Shown here piece by piece: positions 1 to 13,202 of a DNA stretch of 64,000 nucleotides. The notes beneath the pieces were generated by a model that was not told where the DNA came from, did no database searches, and saw only the letters and a program-made list of their open reading frames with translations. The stretch is from Oopsacas minuta. Its lineage: Eukaryota > Animalia > Porifera. Within the stretch, counting starts at the first letter, position 1, and each line of letters begins with the position of its first letter. The DNA is taken from contig JAKMXF010000222.1 in NCBI GenBank assembly GCA_024704765.1, positions 868,001 to 932,000 on the forward strand, read 5' to 3'. The position numbers were made by a program, and so were the translations under genes.

Positions 1-1843
1 ACCATAGTTCATAACAGCATTATAACCATCCATGATTATGTATATAGTAGATTTGGAAATACTAAAATTGAAATATATCTGCTCAATTGCCCTGGACATG
101 TAGTTGAAATGATTTCAAAGCATCAAGTTGAAACAGAGGGGATGAAATAAGATTGATCTTATGATAAATCATGCTGTCATATAGATCTAAATTGCAAAAT
201 ATACATATTGGAATCTCGATAATCGATTAACCATGTCAATAGTCATATGAAAATCTTCGAATGTATTACTTTCAGGGCTATGAAAATCTCAAAATCGGAC
301 TCCACGCACCCAATTACAACTGATACCATGTTAAAAACGAACTACTAACATGAGTGGCCTCTTGTGGCTTAGAAATCAGGTGGTGGTACAAATTCAATCT
401 AGTGTGCAACACGTTCTGGATGAGGGTCTATGGGAGCTGGAAACAGTCATAAATTGCAGGAGCGAAACACATCACAAGAAATAACGTTATACTGCAATTA
501 GCACAGAAGGTTGACATTTTAGGTCCCTTGGAGTAGTGTTGTAGGAAGTCGGAGAATATTTGGGCCCCTCAGGCACATATAACACAATGCCACTGATCAG
601 CATTCTTTTGAATTTAAGTAGAAATACGGATCTTACCTACTTTGTTACCCTGAAAAGTCCGTTCAGAGCAAGTGTTTTGCAGAAATTAGTCTCCTACATA
701 AATTGAATTTCAGCAAATATAAATTTTGATTAAGAATCTCATAGCAAAAGGGTAATAAAAATGATATAGTATCTTTTGATACTGACCATGACTTTCTTTT
801 CTCCCTGTGGTGTACTCGTCAATGTTCATATACATAATTATATTTACATACTTCGATCATTAATCGCCCATCACAAAATTTTTTACTCATTGAACTAATC
901 TCTTAATAATTCCTGGCAAGTGTTTAACAAATTTTTGAAATTCGAAATCTTACAATAACGATACTAAAACACATTTTATGGACTCTAGTGAGTACGAAAC
1001 AATTAAATCAGGAGGCTACAAATATGTATTATAGCACATTAATCGCTTTATGTAATAGATTGAGACACGCTGACAATGGACATCATCATTTCGAAATCAT
1101 CTCAGGAAATTCATGACTGTTAACTCCTTTTCAAAACATCCTACTTCCTCAAACTAATGACTAAGTATAATTAGTCCATAAAGCATTATAAGATACTTAA
1201 TTAAATCAATTAGTGGAAGAGTCAAAATTGTTTTGAAAATTTTGGACAGGTCACTTTTTCTATAAATATTCGCCCACTGAATAAATCTAAATATTCCGAA
1301 TGCGAATTAATAAATGGGCTACGTAGACCATTCCTTTAAAAGAAGTCAATACATTCCATTTCTCTACCCTAATGTTTACAAAATATCAGGAAAGATGTAT
1401 TGATAGAATTCACTGGAAACGAATAAGAATAATATTCGAGGAGGCTGGTAAAAATCCTCAGTATGTCTAAGGAAGTTATAGAATTGCAATACGACAAAAT
1501 ATTAAATTAGGGTCAGACAAGAAATTCTCAGATAGTGATAGAATTGTATCTACCAATTATGAAATAAATTTTAAGCGTTCCAAATACTCCAGAGCTATTG
1601 TAAACCTTGCAGATAGAAAAAGAACTTTATTCGAATACACAATCAGTAGAAGATATTTTTGTGAAATGAAACATGTAAACTCGTGTCCACTTGATAACAT
1701 TATAAGGATATCAAGCTTCCATATGAATATTATCCTAAAAGTTTTCTACTCCTATTTCATCAGATCTACAAACAGTTGTAACGATGGTTTGAGCTCGAAA
1801 ATAAAATAAGATTTTGGTTTGCACCTAGGCTAAATATCTAGAT

Positions 1844-4167
1844 CAGGGATTCTCAACCTGGGGTACGCCAGGTGTTTTCGAGGTTGCAGCTGAACCAACT
1901 ATAAACGTATAGAATTACCGTGAAATTCTGTCTGGTAATTACTTCTGATTCGAGACCTGTCAAAAGTAAACCGTAATTATGACAGTATTGTTTGGTTAAT
2001 TAGGATAGGTGCTAATTACCAGTGTATATTTTGACGCGGTTTATGAATGGACAAATATATGGTGGGTGGATACTATTTATGAGCTTAATTTGACTATACC
2101 ATCTTAGGGTTTCAATTTATAGATATAAATTCTAAAATTAGTTGTTTTTCACATAATTTCACATCAAGTTCAAATTTGACAGTTACTCAAATGGCAAATT
2201 CATTACCTACGGAATCTGGGAAAAAACGAAAATATAACTATAACTATATTCAACACGGTTTCACACTTATGCTGAAAAATGGACGCGAACTATCACAGTG
2301 CGTAGTGTGCTTTAAGGTCCTTTCTGATCAATCAATGAAGCCAAGCTTACTCAAGAGGCATCTTAGCGGATGTCATCCAGAGTTAGTAGATAAAGATGCT
2401 GCATTCTTCAAACGAATGGAAATCGGAGTGAAGAGGGTGCGTTTAGTTAAGAGTGGTGATGTAAATCAAATAAATCAAGCAAGCCTTCGTACCTCATACA
2501 TGGTTGCTCTGAGAATCGCTCAAGAGAAAGCTCCACATACAATCGCTGAGAAGCTCATACTACCATGTTGCAAGGACATTGTTCGTTGTCTAATCGGAGA
2601 TGATGGAGTGAAGAAGATCTGTAATGTACCTCTCTCCAACGATACAGTTCAACGGCGAATATGTGATATTGCAGAAGATATTGAGCAGCAGGTAGTAACA
2701 GAAATACGTTGTGCACCTCTGAACAAATTTGCAATCCAGCTAGACGAGTCGACTGATGTATCTAGTTGCGCTCAGCTACTTGTTTTCGCAAGGTACATTA
2801 AAGGATGGCGATTTTAAGGAAGAATTCCTATTTGTCATTGTCTAGAATCCACTACAAGAGGAGAGGATGTTTTCACTGAAGTTTCTGAATATTTTGAGAG
2901 AAAAGGACTTTCATGGAACAATGTAAGTGCATGCACCACTGATGGGGCCCCTGCCATGCTTGGCAATCGTTCAGGATTTTGGGCACGAGTGAAAACAGTC
3001 AATCCTAACTAAGCATATCCACTGCATGATACACCGATATGCTCTGTTATCTAAGACGCTACCATCTGAGCTACAAGCAACCCTTGACGATGTAATCAAT
3101 ATGGTTAATTTCATCAAGTCAAGCGCTCTCAATACTCGTCTCTTCCGATTATTGTGCCAAGAATATGATGATGAACAAAATACGTTGCTCTTTCACACCG
3201 AAGTTCGTTGGCTTTCTCGCGGAAACATGTTGTCTAGAGTGCACTCTTTGAGAAAAGAGATGGCAGAATTCTTTGAGCACAACGACGAGCCAAATCAAGA
3301 GTTTTTTGCGACAAGTTGCAAGATACAGCATGGATTATTAGACTCTCTTACAAAGAGGATATTTTCTCACGATTAAATATCCTAAACAGGTCACTTCAAG
3401 GAAAGTTCACAACTGTAATTGATTTCATTGATAAAATTCGAGTTTTCATAATGAAGTTGGATTTATGGGAAAGAAAAGCCAAGGAGGGAATCTAGACATA
3501 TTTGAAAATGTCACAACTCTTCTTGAAGGAGAAGAAATGAAAAAGGAAATGATGGAGCTAGTGCAAGCGCACCTTTCTTACTTGAAAGAAGAGTTCAAAT
3601 TATACTTCCCAGACCTGAGTGAGTTGGATCTTGCTTTGATTCGAAATCCGTTCCTTGTAGACGGGTGTTTAATACCCAACAATGTGCAGGAAGATTTAAT
3701 TGAATTTTTGAACGATTTTACAGTACGAGATGCATTTGAAACTTTGCCATTGATGAAGTTCTGGTCTAGAATGAGTCTACATTTCTCTAGTGTCGCTGCC
3801 ATGGCTGTGCGTGGGCTGCTGATGTTTCCAAGTACATATCTCTGGGAACAAGGATTCTCGGCACTGTTAAATATTAAAAACAAATATCGTGCTCGTTTAT
3901 GCATAGAGCCTGACCTCCGTGTAGTTTTATCTAAACCGAACCAAGGATTGATGAACTTGTAAAAGCAAAGCAGGCCTAGCCATCTCATTAATCTTTGTCT
4001 TAATAATTCAACTTTTCTAAATACGTAAATTATGTTGTGTTCATGATATTACAAATTATATCACGTATAAAAATTTAGCGGAATGTTGCTAAATTTGAAT
4101 CGAGGGTACCTGGACATTTCCTTTCACCTCAGGGGGTACGTAATTCGTAAAAGGTTGAGAACCCCTG
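1844..4167 (+). mobile_element. hAT transposon, Buster/Charlie subgroup, frameshifted transposase (about 2176-3990)
   Basis: 16-bp TIRs CAGGGATTCTCAACCT / AGGTTGAGAACCCCTG with 1 mismatch. Perfect 8-bp TSD ATCTAGAT (1836-1843, 4168-4175) with central TA, typical of Buster. ORF pieces show a BED finger (CVVC...LKRHL...H), QLDESTD, HTEVRWLSRG and PSTYLWEQGFS. Confidence 0.95.
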
Positions 4168-4773
4168 ATCTAGATAATCGATGCTCATTGTGACTTGTTG
4201 GCAATGAAGAAAAAGTAACACAGCCAATTGGGGATATATTTTCCGAAGTATATAAGATTGAGTTTCAGCGCTTGAGCTGTTGTTGTGTTTATGAAAATCT
4301 ATTTGATATATCATCCATTTCCAATAATACAGATGTCAGGATACTATAGATACATAAACTAGTTCAGGTTATCAAAGCCTGAAATGTAGAGCTCTGGTCT
4401 AAAAGTAGACCTAACATCACAAGAATTATTCAGGAGATTACCAATTCTAATCTTTGAGGTTGGCCATCTGCACAGGAAAACAATTTGAGCCTATATAGCC
4501 ATCCACTAATAGATTTGACATATCGTTAGGTCCAATCAATTACATTTTGTACGCATGACAGAGATTATCGTTTAGTTTAAGAATTTGAGAAGATGTAGAT
4601 TTATGCAGATAAATTACCTTTTTCTATGAATAAAATACCATATATTACCCAATTGACGAACCTTAAAGTAATTATACACAAGATCATTAATAGCCTTCTC
4701 TATATAGGCCTTGCATCCACTTAGAACTTTTGACTAAGGATATAGTAGTGTAAGGTAAACATTATATTAGTAT

Positions 4774-5208
4774 CACAGACTACTTTAATAAAGGACTGTG
4801 GGCGGCCAGCTCGGGTCTTGGAACTTGGGTCCATTGTGTATTTATCGAGATCTCGTAAACCGCTATAGTTAGATAACCCAAATGTAGTATTGTTGAATAG
4901 GAAGTTATACTTTTAGAGCCTATTAGCCATGTTGCCTTACCTGAAAGATTTGTGGAATGTGAGTTATGCGGTTTTCACGCCTTTCTACATTATGTTAATA
5001 ATGTCAAAATATCGCTTCCAGTTAGAGTTAGACATGATAAATGTGTTATTATACAATGGGAATTCATGGGTACGGAGTCATTTAGCCACATTTCCTTACC
5101 TCAAATATTTGTAGAATGTGAGTTATGCGGTTTCACACTTCCATATAAGGTAAAATCGTGAATATTTTGTAATTGGTACGAGTTAGGTATGACAAATGTA
5201 TCATTATC
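4774..5208. repeat. Left 435-bp TIR of the P-like element
   Basis: Reverse complement of 7976-8410; the ORF track gives identical 61-aa and 69-aa peptides in both arms. Contains an internal direct repeat (GAATGTGAGTTATGCGGTTT at 4955 and 5114). Confidence 0.95.
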
Positions 5209-7975
5209 GAATGGTAAGTCGCATATGAGGAGTCAAGTGAGTTAGTCAACCTATCAAAAATACTCTTGGTTTTAGTTTTGTGGTTTTCACACTTTTTCCA
5301 TATATAGTAATATCTTAGTCTCAACTTTTATTGGTAGAGTTAAACATAGAATAGGTATGAACCTCGAATAGGAATTCAAATATAAGGAGGATCAAGACAA
5401 AATTTGTAAATAAGCCATTGAAGTTTCTCCATCCGTCGAAGACAGCCATACTGTTGCTCCCGATCACTTGTGTGATTGACTTGAGCTTTTAGTAGGGCAT
5501 TAACAAGAGTATAACTCAGCTCTCAGTTTTCCACAAGAGGATTATCCACATATGAAAGAATTTTCATTATGTACACTCGACATCTGTTTTTGATTCCGGA
5601 AGATTTCCGATGAGATTGATGACTATGTATACAAACATATGGTGTCTAATGTAGGCACTCTCAATCCTCCTCTGTCAAGCTCTTGCAAGAATTCACTTGA
5701 TACCTCAACTCCCTCTCCCGGCCCTTGGTGTTTATATGTTAAGAATCCTGCAATGAAGACTACTTTATGTTTAAGACTGCCAGTGGAATCAAGGAGTGTT
5801 TGCGTGTCTTCTGTACTTGTCTCCAGCATAACATCTATATCTTCTAATACGATAGGTGCTGTACAATATGAGCATTTCCACCCCAGACAACCTTGTGGAA
5901 TGATATTAAATTTCAGCATCTGATGCAATCGCTGTGCCTTGCATGCAGAGATAACATCTCCTACATCAATGTAGAAGTTACCACCATGTCGTTTCCTGGC
6001 TTGTTCGAAAAACTTCCCAGAGAATCTTGAGAAAAAACAGCAGGAAGGACAAATTCGAATTGGTGATGAGTTAACAAATACGTGGCTGCTGCAACGCTAA
6101 ACTTTGTCGTTACTATGAAACCATCAGCAGTGAATTTTATTAACTTTCTCTGCCTATATTTACCACCTTCCCAGCGACAGGAACCCATCACATCACACAT
6201 TGCCAATAGCCTGTTGAATTCTTCGCAGTTGAGTGTCCATGGAGCTCTAAATGGATCCCGTAGATTGATTGCCCCAAACTTATCCTTCACATTCATCATT
6301 TTAAACCAATTTATGACCATTGTGATGAATCAAATAGTCCCTTCCTGTGGATTTACCGTATTTTTCAAAGCTTTGAATGCTGCAACAGTCTTCCCGTGAA
6401 AAACTTGACAGACCAGTGGTACGCTCTGTCTTTGGAGACGTTTAGGAAATACTGACGTATGTGTAAGCTTTGTGGGTTGTAGTGGGCTCTTTTTGCCCTC
6501 TTCATAAAGTGCTGAATATCTTTCAAACATGCGAGGTATTCTATACCGTCCTTCACGAATGATAACCCTTGAAGTTTATCTGTTATCCAATTGTTTCGCA
6601 AATTCTTCATGATGTGTACAAAATCATAGAGGAGAAATACTTCGATTCCATCCAACGCCACTCTCCCTGAACCACCAAGTAATTTATATACTCCTTGATT
6701 TAGTGGGCAGTTATCACAGATAAAGGATATTGGTCTCACACCAAGCTTTTTCATGACTTCCATAATTTCCAACAAAATTATTTGGAGATCCGCTGAATTT
6801 ATGTTCTTCACTGGATGGATACCAAATACCAAACGTGGCCCTCCTTGATGACAAACAACTTCGGTACAAAGGGCTGAGGTTGCTTGTTCACTGGGTGCAT
6901 TATTAGCATGGCCAATTATGTGACTTGCACTGAAGCGACTTGTTGTAATTAGCTTTACTTCATCGAACAAAATGTTAACAAAACGTTGCTCTGGTTTTAG
7001 AACTTCAAATATGCGAGGCAATTCGTTGTTTTGAAAGCTGCGTGTCATCAAATCTCGAAGTAATCTCTCCCAAGGAAGGATAATCGTTCTTGAATTTCTT
7101 AACATCCTGTGTGCTGCTGGAGAGATAGATAGAAGTTCTCCAGCGAGAATAAGCAGATGCTTTGTGTAGCGGAATATAGTGTAGGGTGTCAAGAGATGGC
7201 GAGTTGTACCCCTAGGAACTGAAATTGTGGACATTCTTGCACTTCCGATATCATTTGTTTTAACTCATACATGACCTTCGCCAAATGATCAGAATTAGAC
7301 GCTTGATAATTCTCAACAGTAGAAAGTATTTCATCAACTTGAGACCATATATGAAGGAGGTTATTCTTCTGTAGACTGAAATAACGTTTGAGAATCGCGT
7401 AGTCATCTTTCTCTACCTCCACCAAGTGCAAGAAACCAAAAAGTGATTCAATTTCCTAGAAATAGATAAATTGAACAACCTTTCTTCCAAGCTCATCCAA
7501 CTTAAACATTGTTAATTCCCTGAATTTGATTCTGACGCTAAACGAGGTATAACGTGCTGCTGCCTCGTTTGTAAAAGATGAAAAGTTATCAATCCTATCT
7601 AATTTGTCTAGATAATTCTTTGCAATTGTTCACGTAGGTCGGAAGAAGCCTTCTTTGTTGGCCTGGGATATGCCAAGGTTTGCTTCAGTCAGGATTTTGC
7701 TACTCCTTAAAATAGGTAGGAGGTCCAATCGGCCGCTTTCCACCTCTAACAGTGACCCATTTGCATTCAAAATGTGATGCATATGCTAAGATTTCTTTTC
7801 GATCAGTGAGACTACCGGGATCATTTGGTATTGCCTCAATCCATCTGTTCCGTTCATCATCACCGGTAGGAAACCTTCAACTGGAGTATAAGGTTCACCT
7901 ATGTAATTAACCTGACAATTATAAGCTGCACAACGCTTTGGCATGCTAATGTTCTGCAAAACTAAGAGACTACAA

Positions 7976-8410
7976 GATAATGATACATTTGTCATACCTA
8001 ACTCGTACCAATTACAAAATATTCACGATTTTACCTTATATGGAAGTGTGAAACCGCATAACTCACATTCTACAAATATTTGAGGTAAGGAAATGTGGCT
8101 AAATGACTCCGTACCCATGAATTCCCATTGTATAATAACACATTTATCATGTCTAACTCTAACTGGAAGCGATATTTTGACATTATTAACATAATGTAGA
8201 AAGGCGTGAAAACCGCATAACTCACATTCCACAAATCTTTCAGGTAAGGCAACATGGCTAATAGGCTCTAAAAGTATAACTTCCTATTCAACAATACTAC
8301 ATTTGGGTTATCTAACTATAGCGGTTTACGAGATCTCGATAAATACACAATGGACCCAAGTTCCAAGACCCGAGCTGGCCGCCCACAGTCCTTTATTAAA
8401 GTAGTCTATG
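7976..8410. repeat. Right 435-bp TIR of the P-like element
   Basis: Reverse complement of 4774-5208; ends about 32 bp upstream of the THAP start codon. Confidence 0.95.
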
Positions 8411-9152
8411 ATTAGTATACAGAATGGTTTCATATCGCACAAACATTATTTTGTGCCCAAATAAATGTATCACAAGTAGAATATCATATCTGCAAACCAA
8501 TAAAACAAACACTTTTCCAAATTTGACAATTACTTTGCTCCATTAGCATTATTTGGAGATCAAAGTCCAATCTTTGATGAGATATAGAATGTTAAAAAGC
8601 ATCTTGAAAGTCAAATTGAATGTAAGAAATGATGTTAACATGACCAATCTCTGAAAAACCTAAGTCTCTACAAATAATTTCAGATTTCGCTCTTTACTAC
8701 TAGTATATAAATTTATAAAACAACTAGAAATTTAAATATGAGAAACCTGAAAATGTGAAATTTGGATTCAGCCGAATTTGTCAGCTGTTAAAACCATATT
8801 ATTTTGTGAATTGTGAATTGTTTTAAGAAAGTACTATTTTTGGTCCAGGTATAAAGTGTAGTTTCCTAATCCGATTGTAAAGGGGAACCGTTAGTGTCCC
8901 CTCCAAGGCCCGTCTGTACGAATAATGGAAGAAAATTCAAAAATCAGTATAACTTTCTCAGATGATTTCTAATCAGTTTTGAGGCATTCGTAAACTGCGC
9001 AAAAATGTTTTAGAAATTAAATTCATAAATTTTGATTTTGTTATGCCATATATTAATTCGAGGCACGATATGGGGAGCCGCCTGTGAATATCAAGTATCA
9101 TGTGTTCGCAAGCCTCGCAGCGCGTCAATATTTGGTGGTGAGCAAGGTTATA

Positions 9153-10488
9153 CAGTCTGACACGAAATTATTTACAATTATAAATTAACCATAATCCAAT
9201 TTAGCATTGATTACTAAAGAAATTGACGATACATTTCTTGTATAGAAGTGATAGATATTACCTAAAACAATAATGTTACTAATAGTTAATCTTTTTCCCA
9301 CCAGAGGCAATTACCAGATCACACCTTTTTTTCATAGAACTTGTGAACTTAGAAAGAAAATCAGGTTCAAACGTTTCCCACTGAGAATATATCATACTCT
9401 CCACTTCTTCAATTGTCTTTGGAGCGTTGACCATTATTCTGTGCTTCAGTACACCCCATAAATTCTCAATAGGGTTGAGATCCGGGCTATTGGGAGGCCA
9501 GTCTATGCGTCTACCACGGTGTGTCTCTTTGAAAGCACATGAAAACTTTGATGTATGGATACTCGAATTATCCTCTTGCAATTTCCAGCCATCAGGGTAT
9601 AATGTATCTGCAGTCTGAAACAGAACTTCATTTAAAACATTACAATAATGTTCTGAATTAAAGTTATGGTTGATTACCTTCACTGGGGTGGTACCTCGAG
9701 CAGAAATTCTTCCCCAAATGTGTACTTTGGGAGTATGCCGTGGAATGTTGAGGGTTGGTCGTCCACCTCTTGTCCACATTCGAATTCTACCCTGATTTAG
9801 CCAGATAGAACATTCATCCGTGAATATTATCTTGTGCCAGTGAATATTCCTGTGTTTCTTGGCCCAATCGACATGTATTTTCTCATTCTGGGGAGTGATT
9901 CCCGGCCCTCTGATCGGAACTTTCTTAGAAAGTTCCATACTCTTTATTGTCCTCCGTATCGACTCTCTAGATATATCTAAACCCTGAGTGACCTGAAATT
10001 CACTTGCTATCCTTCTTACAGATACTCGTGGATTTTTTCGGAGCTTGGCTGCAAGAGATATCTTGATATTTTTGGACATTTTCAATGGTCTACCAGCTCC
10101 TTTTCGATGCTTCAAATTTTTGGAATCTGACACTGTAGCTTTGACATTATACACGGTCTTCAAAGAAACTCCACATCGCTTTACAATTGACTTTATAGTA
10201 GTTGTTTTCAATTGAAACAACTCCGAAACTTCTTGACGTTTGGCTTGTTGCATTTATTTCGAAGAATTCTAGTTCACCACAGAATAGGGATAAAATGCTC
10301 AGTAATCACCAAGGATGACGCGACAAAATCAAAGAAATGATATAAAAAATCAAAAAGTTTTGAAGTAACAAAAATATGTATTATATTGTTTATGTAAAGT
10401 GATCGAGATATATCAATTTCGTGCTTTAGCAATATTACGGGTTCTTAAGAAACAATCAGAAAATTGTAAATAATTTCGTGTCAGACTG
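9153..10488 (-). mobile_element. Full-length Tc1 transposon (1336 bp)
   Basis: Perfect 27-bp TIRs CAGTCTGACACGAAATTATTTACAATT, TA on both flanks, single uninterrupted ORF. Confidence 0.96.
9279..10253 (-). CDS. Tc1 DD34E transposase, 324 aa, apparently intact
   Basis: HTH region with GRPLK, then IIFTDE, QEDNSSIH and SPDLNPIENLW; 34 residues counted between the second D and E. Confidence 0.93.
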   Translation of the reverse strand: MQQAKRQEVSELFQLKTTTIKSIVKRCGVSLKTVYNVKATVSDSKNLKHRKGAGRPLKMSKNIKISLAAKLRKNPRVSVRRIASEFQVTQGLDISRESIRRTIKSMELSKKVPIRGPGITPQNEKIHVDWAKKHRNIHWHKIIFTDECSIWLNQGRIRMWTRGGRPTLNIPRHTPKVHIWGRISARGTTPVKVINHNFNSEHYCNVLNEVLFQTADTLYPDGWKLQEDNSSIHTSKFSCAFKETHRGRRIDWPPNSPDLNPIENLWGVLKHRIMVNAPKTIEEVESMIYSQWETFEPDFLSKFTSSMKKRCDLVIASGGKKINY

Positions 10489-12170
10489 TATATTTAGTTA
10501 TTTGAGCTAGGATATATGAACAGTATCTGATGCTTGTCCGAGCCACCAAAAGTTGATATGGGGCCGCACTTCGCCAACCCATGGTCAAGTTATACACATA
10601 TCGGCCCTCTAAATGGCATTTAACACGATTCTTCCAGATCATGCCAGGCAGGCTAATAATTTTCTTGTATTTTCACATATTTCTTCCTGATAAATGACAT
10701 CGTAAGTTTTGTAAGAAACCATCACTGAAATGCGTAATAAATCTATAAATGTAAATCACGCTATTTGGCTAAGTTAGGGATGATAGAGTGATGCAAACTT
10801 TGATATTCTAGTACAGGCGTCGACAAGTTTTTGAGCCTGTGTCTCAAATTGAATCATTTATATCAGTCCTCATGACAAACGTTCAACATACTCGGGTTAG
10901 AGTTGGAAAAGTCACCAACGAGGTGAAATGCATGCAATCACAACTTTACCGAATACGGCAGGGAATAAGAGTGAATTAATGACGTTAAAAAAGGTGCAAA
11001 ATCACGTTTGAGTGCGGTAATTGGTAAAACGAAGAGGTCTAATGGTTAAACTTAGTGCTCCTTTCTTACGAACCTAATACTTCGGCTATAATCGGTTAAA
11101 TACATTTTAAATTCATTTGACTCATATATTTTAACACCACATCGTCATCCAAAATTCAATAGATTCATTTAGCCACAATTATATAATCATAGCTTTTATT
11201 CAGGAGCGCCTGAGACGCCGCGATTGCAGGGGCCATGGCAGCTGCAATAATTTTCAAAAACATTTGTTATGTTCCATTTTCCTCACTGCATTAACTTATC
11301 CTTTTATTAGGCTTTTTTACAAATAATGCTTGATTTTAAGAGTGAAAATTTGAATAAATTCGAAAAACAATTAATGAATTGCTGCCTCACCGGATACAGA
11401 ATTAAGTTGTTGAGATCAAGAACAAAGTTCTGAGATTTGTGGTTTGGCAGGAACTTTTGATTTAATGCAAGAAGTGGCAAGAACTCTTGACCTTAGCAAT
11501 AAACATCGAAAAACAATGAAGTTGGAACGAACTTTCGGCAAAACTTGGAACAAAATGAAGTGAATATAAAATAAAGTATTAGGTTGGCTAGAACATGACA
11601 TGAACTTTATAGTCCTGGTGCAAGAACACTGGATCACCTTTACATTTACAACTTGGCCAAATGCCAAAATATACAATTTGAGAGTTTCAAAATTCAAAAT
11701 TAAAATTAAAACAATATAATATATCTGACGAATATACATTCTCGATAATAGAAGCAGTCCTGCAGCTGGGAGGGGCTCAGCCCCTCCCGGCTAGAGGATT
11801 TCGAGCCCCTGAGGATATCTTTGTAACTGTATTAACCTTCTGAATTCTCAAGGATCAAACCGCTCGAACTGAATCTCAGCATTCATGAATAGCAGCCTAA
11901 CTGATATTTAATCGATTAATCCAACCGAGAGATGCGTACGGTCTCGTATTGACCACTGCTCCAAACCTGATCGGCTCGGCTCGGTTCCAATTCATGCACT
12001 CTGATCCGGTCCGGCCTAGATCATGATTAGTATCATTCCCAATCCATTTGAACCTGTCCTTTTCTTACGTCAGTTTAAATATGTATAAACTAAAGCGAAT
12101 TTGATTTATCAGGCTTCACTACTATTACCAGGTGTTTTACTAACAAAAACACATGACATATAAGTTTTTG

Positions 12171-13202
12171 CATAGCCCACTAAATATAAGGCCTAATAGT
12201 AAAAGTACCAGGGATGCAGTATTAGCTGAAAGCATATAAACACATGGTTTCTTAGATTAGATAAAGTGGATTTTGTGTGAATAAATAATATATTGCATAT
12301 TTACAGAACATCAGATTTTACACCAATTTATGCTAAAAATTCAGTGTCTAGTAAGGATATATTTAGCAAAATATTTTTTGTGTTCGATGCCTATAAGAAT
12401 TAAATATTGCATTTACCAACTCAAAGTGACTAAATGAAAATATCTATAGATACCTTCGTGCCAAACGTCAAACATTCTTCCATTCAAATGTTAGCTTGTT
12501 GTTGAGTTACGGTGAAGGCCATGGATAACAATTTTTTATGAATATTTAATCATAACGAAGTTATAGTGAAATCATATTTGCCAATTTTACTAAATACTCG
12601 ACTTCCTATACCCTGTAATACATTTTAATATGAAATAATTGGAAAGCATAGCGGAATCTTGAAATGACCATATATGGGAATCGTCACAATGGTGGGAGAT
12701 ATCATATCAAACTGTATCACAAGTCTAGGGGGAAGTCGGGTCAATAGGATAATTTGAGTATTCTGATTTTACCATAATATTAATGATTCTTCTTAGTATA
12801 TTTGAATATTCATAAAATTCGTCATCCATGGTCTCTATTGTAAGTCAACAACGACCCAAATTTTGAACGACAAAATTTTGACATTTCGGATAAAAGCAAT
12901 TATAGATTGTTATATTTATTCACTTTGAGTTGATAAATGCAATACTTAACCTTCTACGAGGCCTCAAGGAATGGTACAATTTAGTAAATAAGTGCTTACT
13001 AGCACATATTTTGACACACATCCGAAAATTCTAGCATTTATTGGTATAAAATTTGATGTTCTACATAAATGTGTAGCATTTACTCAGGCAAAATGCATCT
13101 TCTGCAATAAATAAACCATATATATATATGATTACAACTAATACTGCATCCCTGGTGTCAAAATTTCGAGTTACTGTTAGGTCTTATGTATAGTAGGCTA
13201 TG
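12171..13202. mobile_element. Non-autonomous P-like element with imperfect CATAG termini
   Basis: Left CATAGCCCACTAAATATAAGGCCTAATAGTAA...CCAGGGATGCAGTATTAG matches the reverse complement of 13139-13202. Both ends resemble 19342-19396. No TSD is preserved. Confidence 0.65.

Larger units (their letters stand above)
4774..8410 (-). mobile_element. P-superfamily (THAP) transposon with long TIRs and a disrupted transposase (about 7944 to 5500)
   Basis: Termini CACAGAC...GTCTATG and perfect 8-bp TSD ATTAGTAT (4766-4773, 8411-8418). THAP-like start MPKRCAAYNC at 7944. P-transposase motifs ILFDEVKL, ICDNCPLNQ, YDFVHIMKNLRNN and FSQDSL are spread over several frames. Confidence 0.92.

Noticed and set aside
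4929-5161. Duplicated small genes (61 and 69 aa, also at 8023-8255)
   Set aside because: Chance ORFs inside the two P-element TIRs; no recognisable motif.
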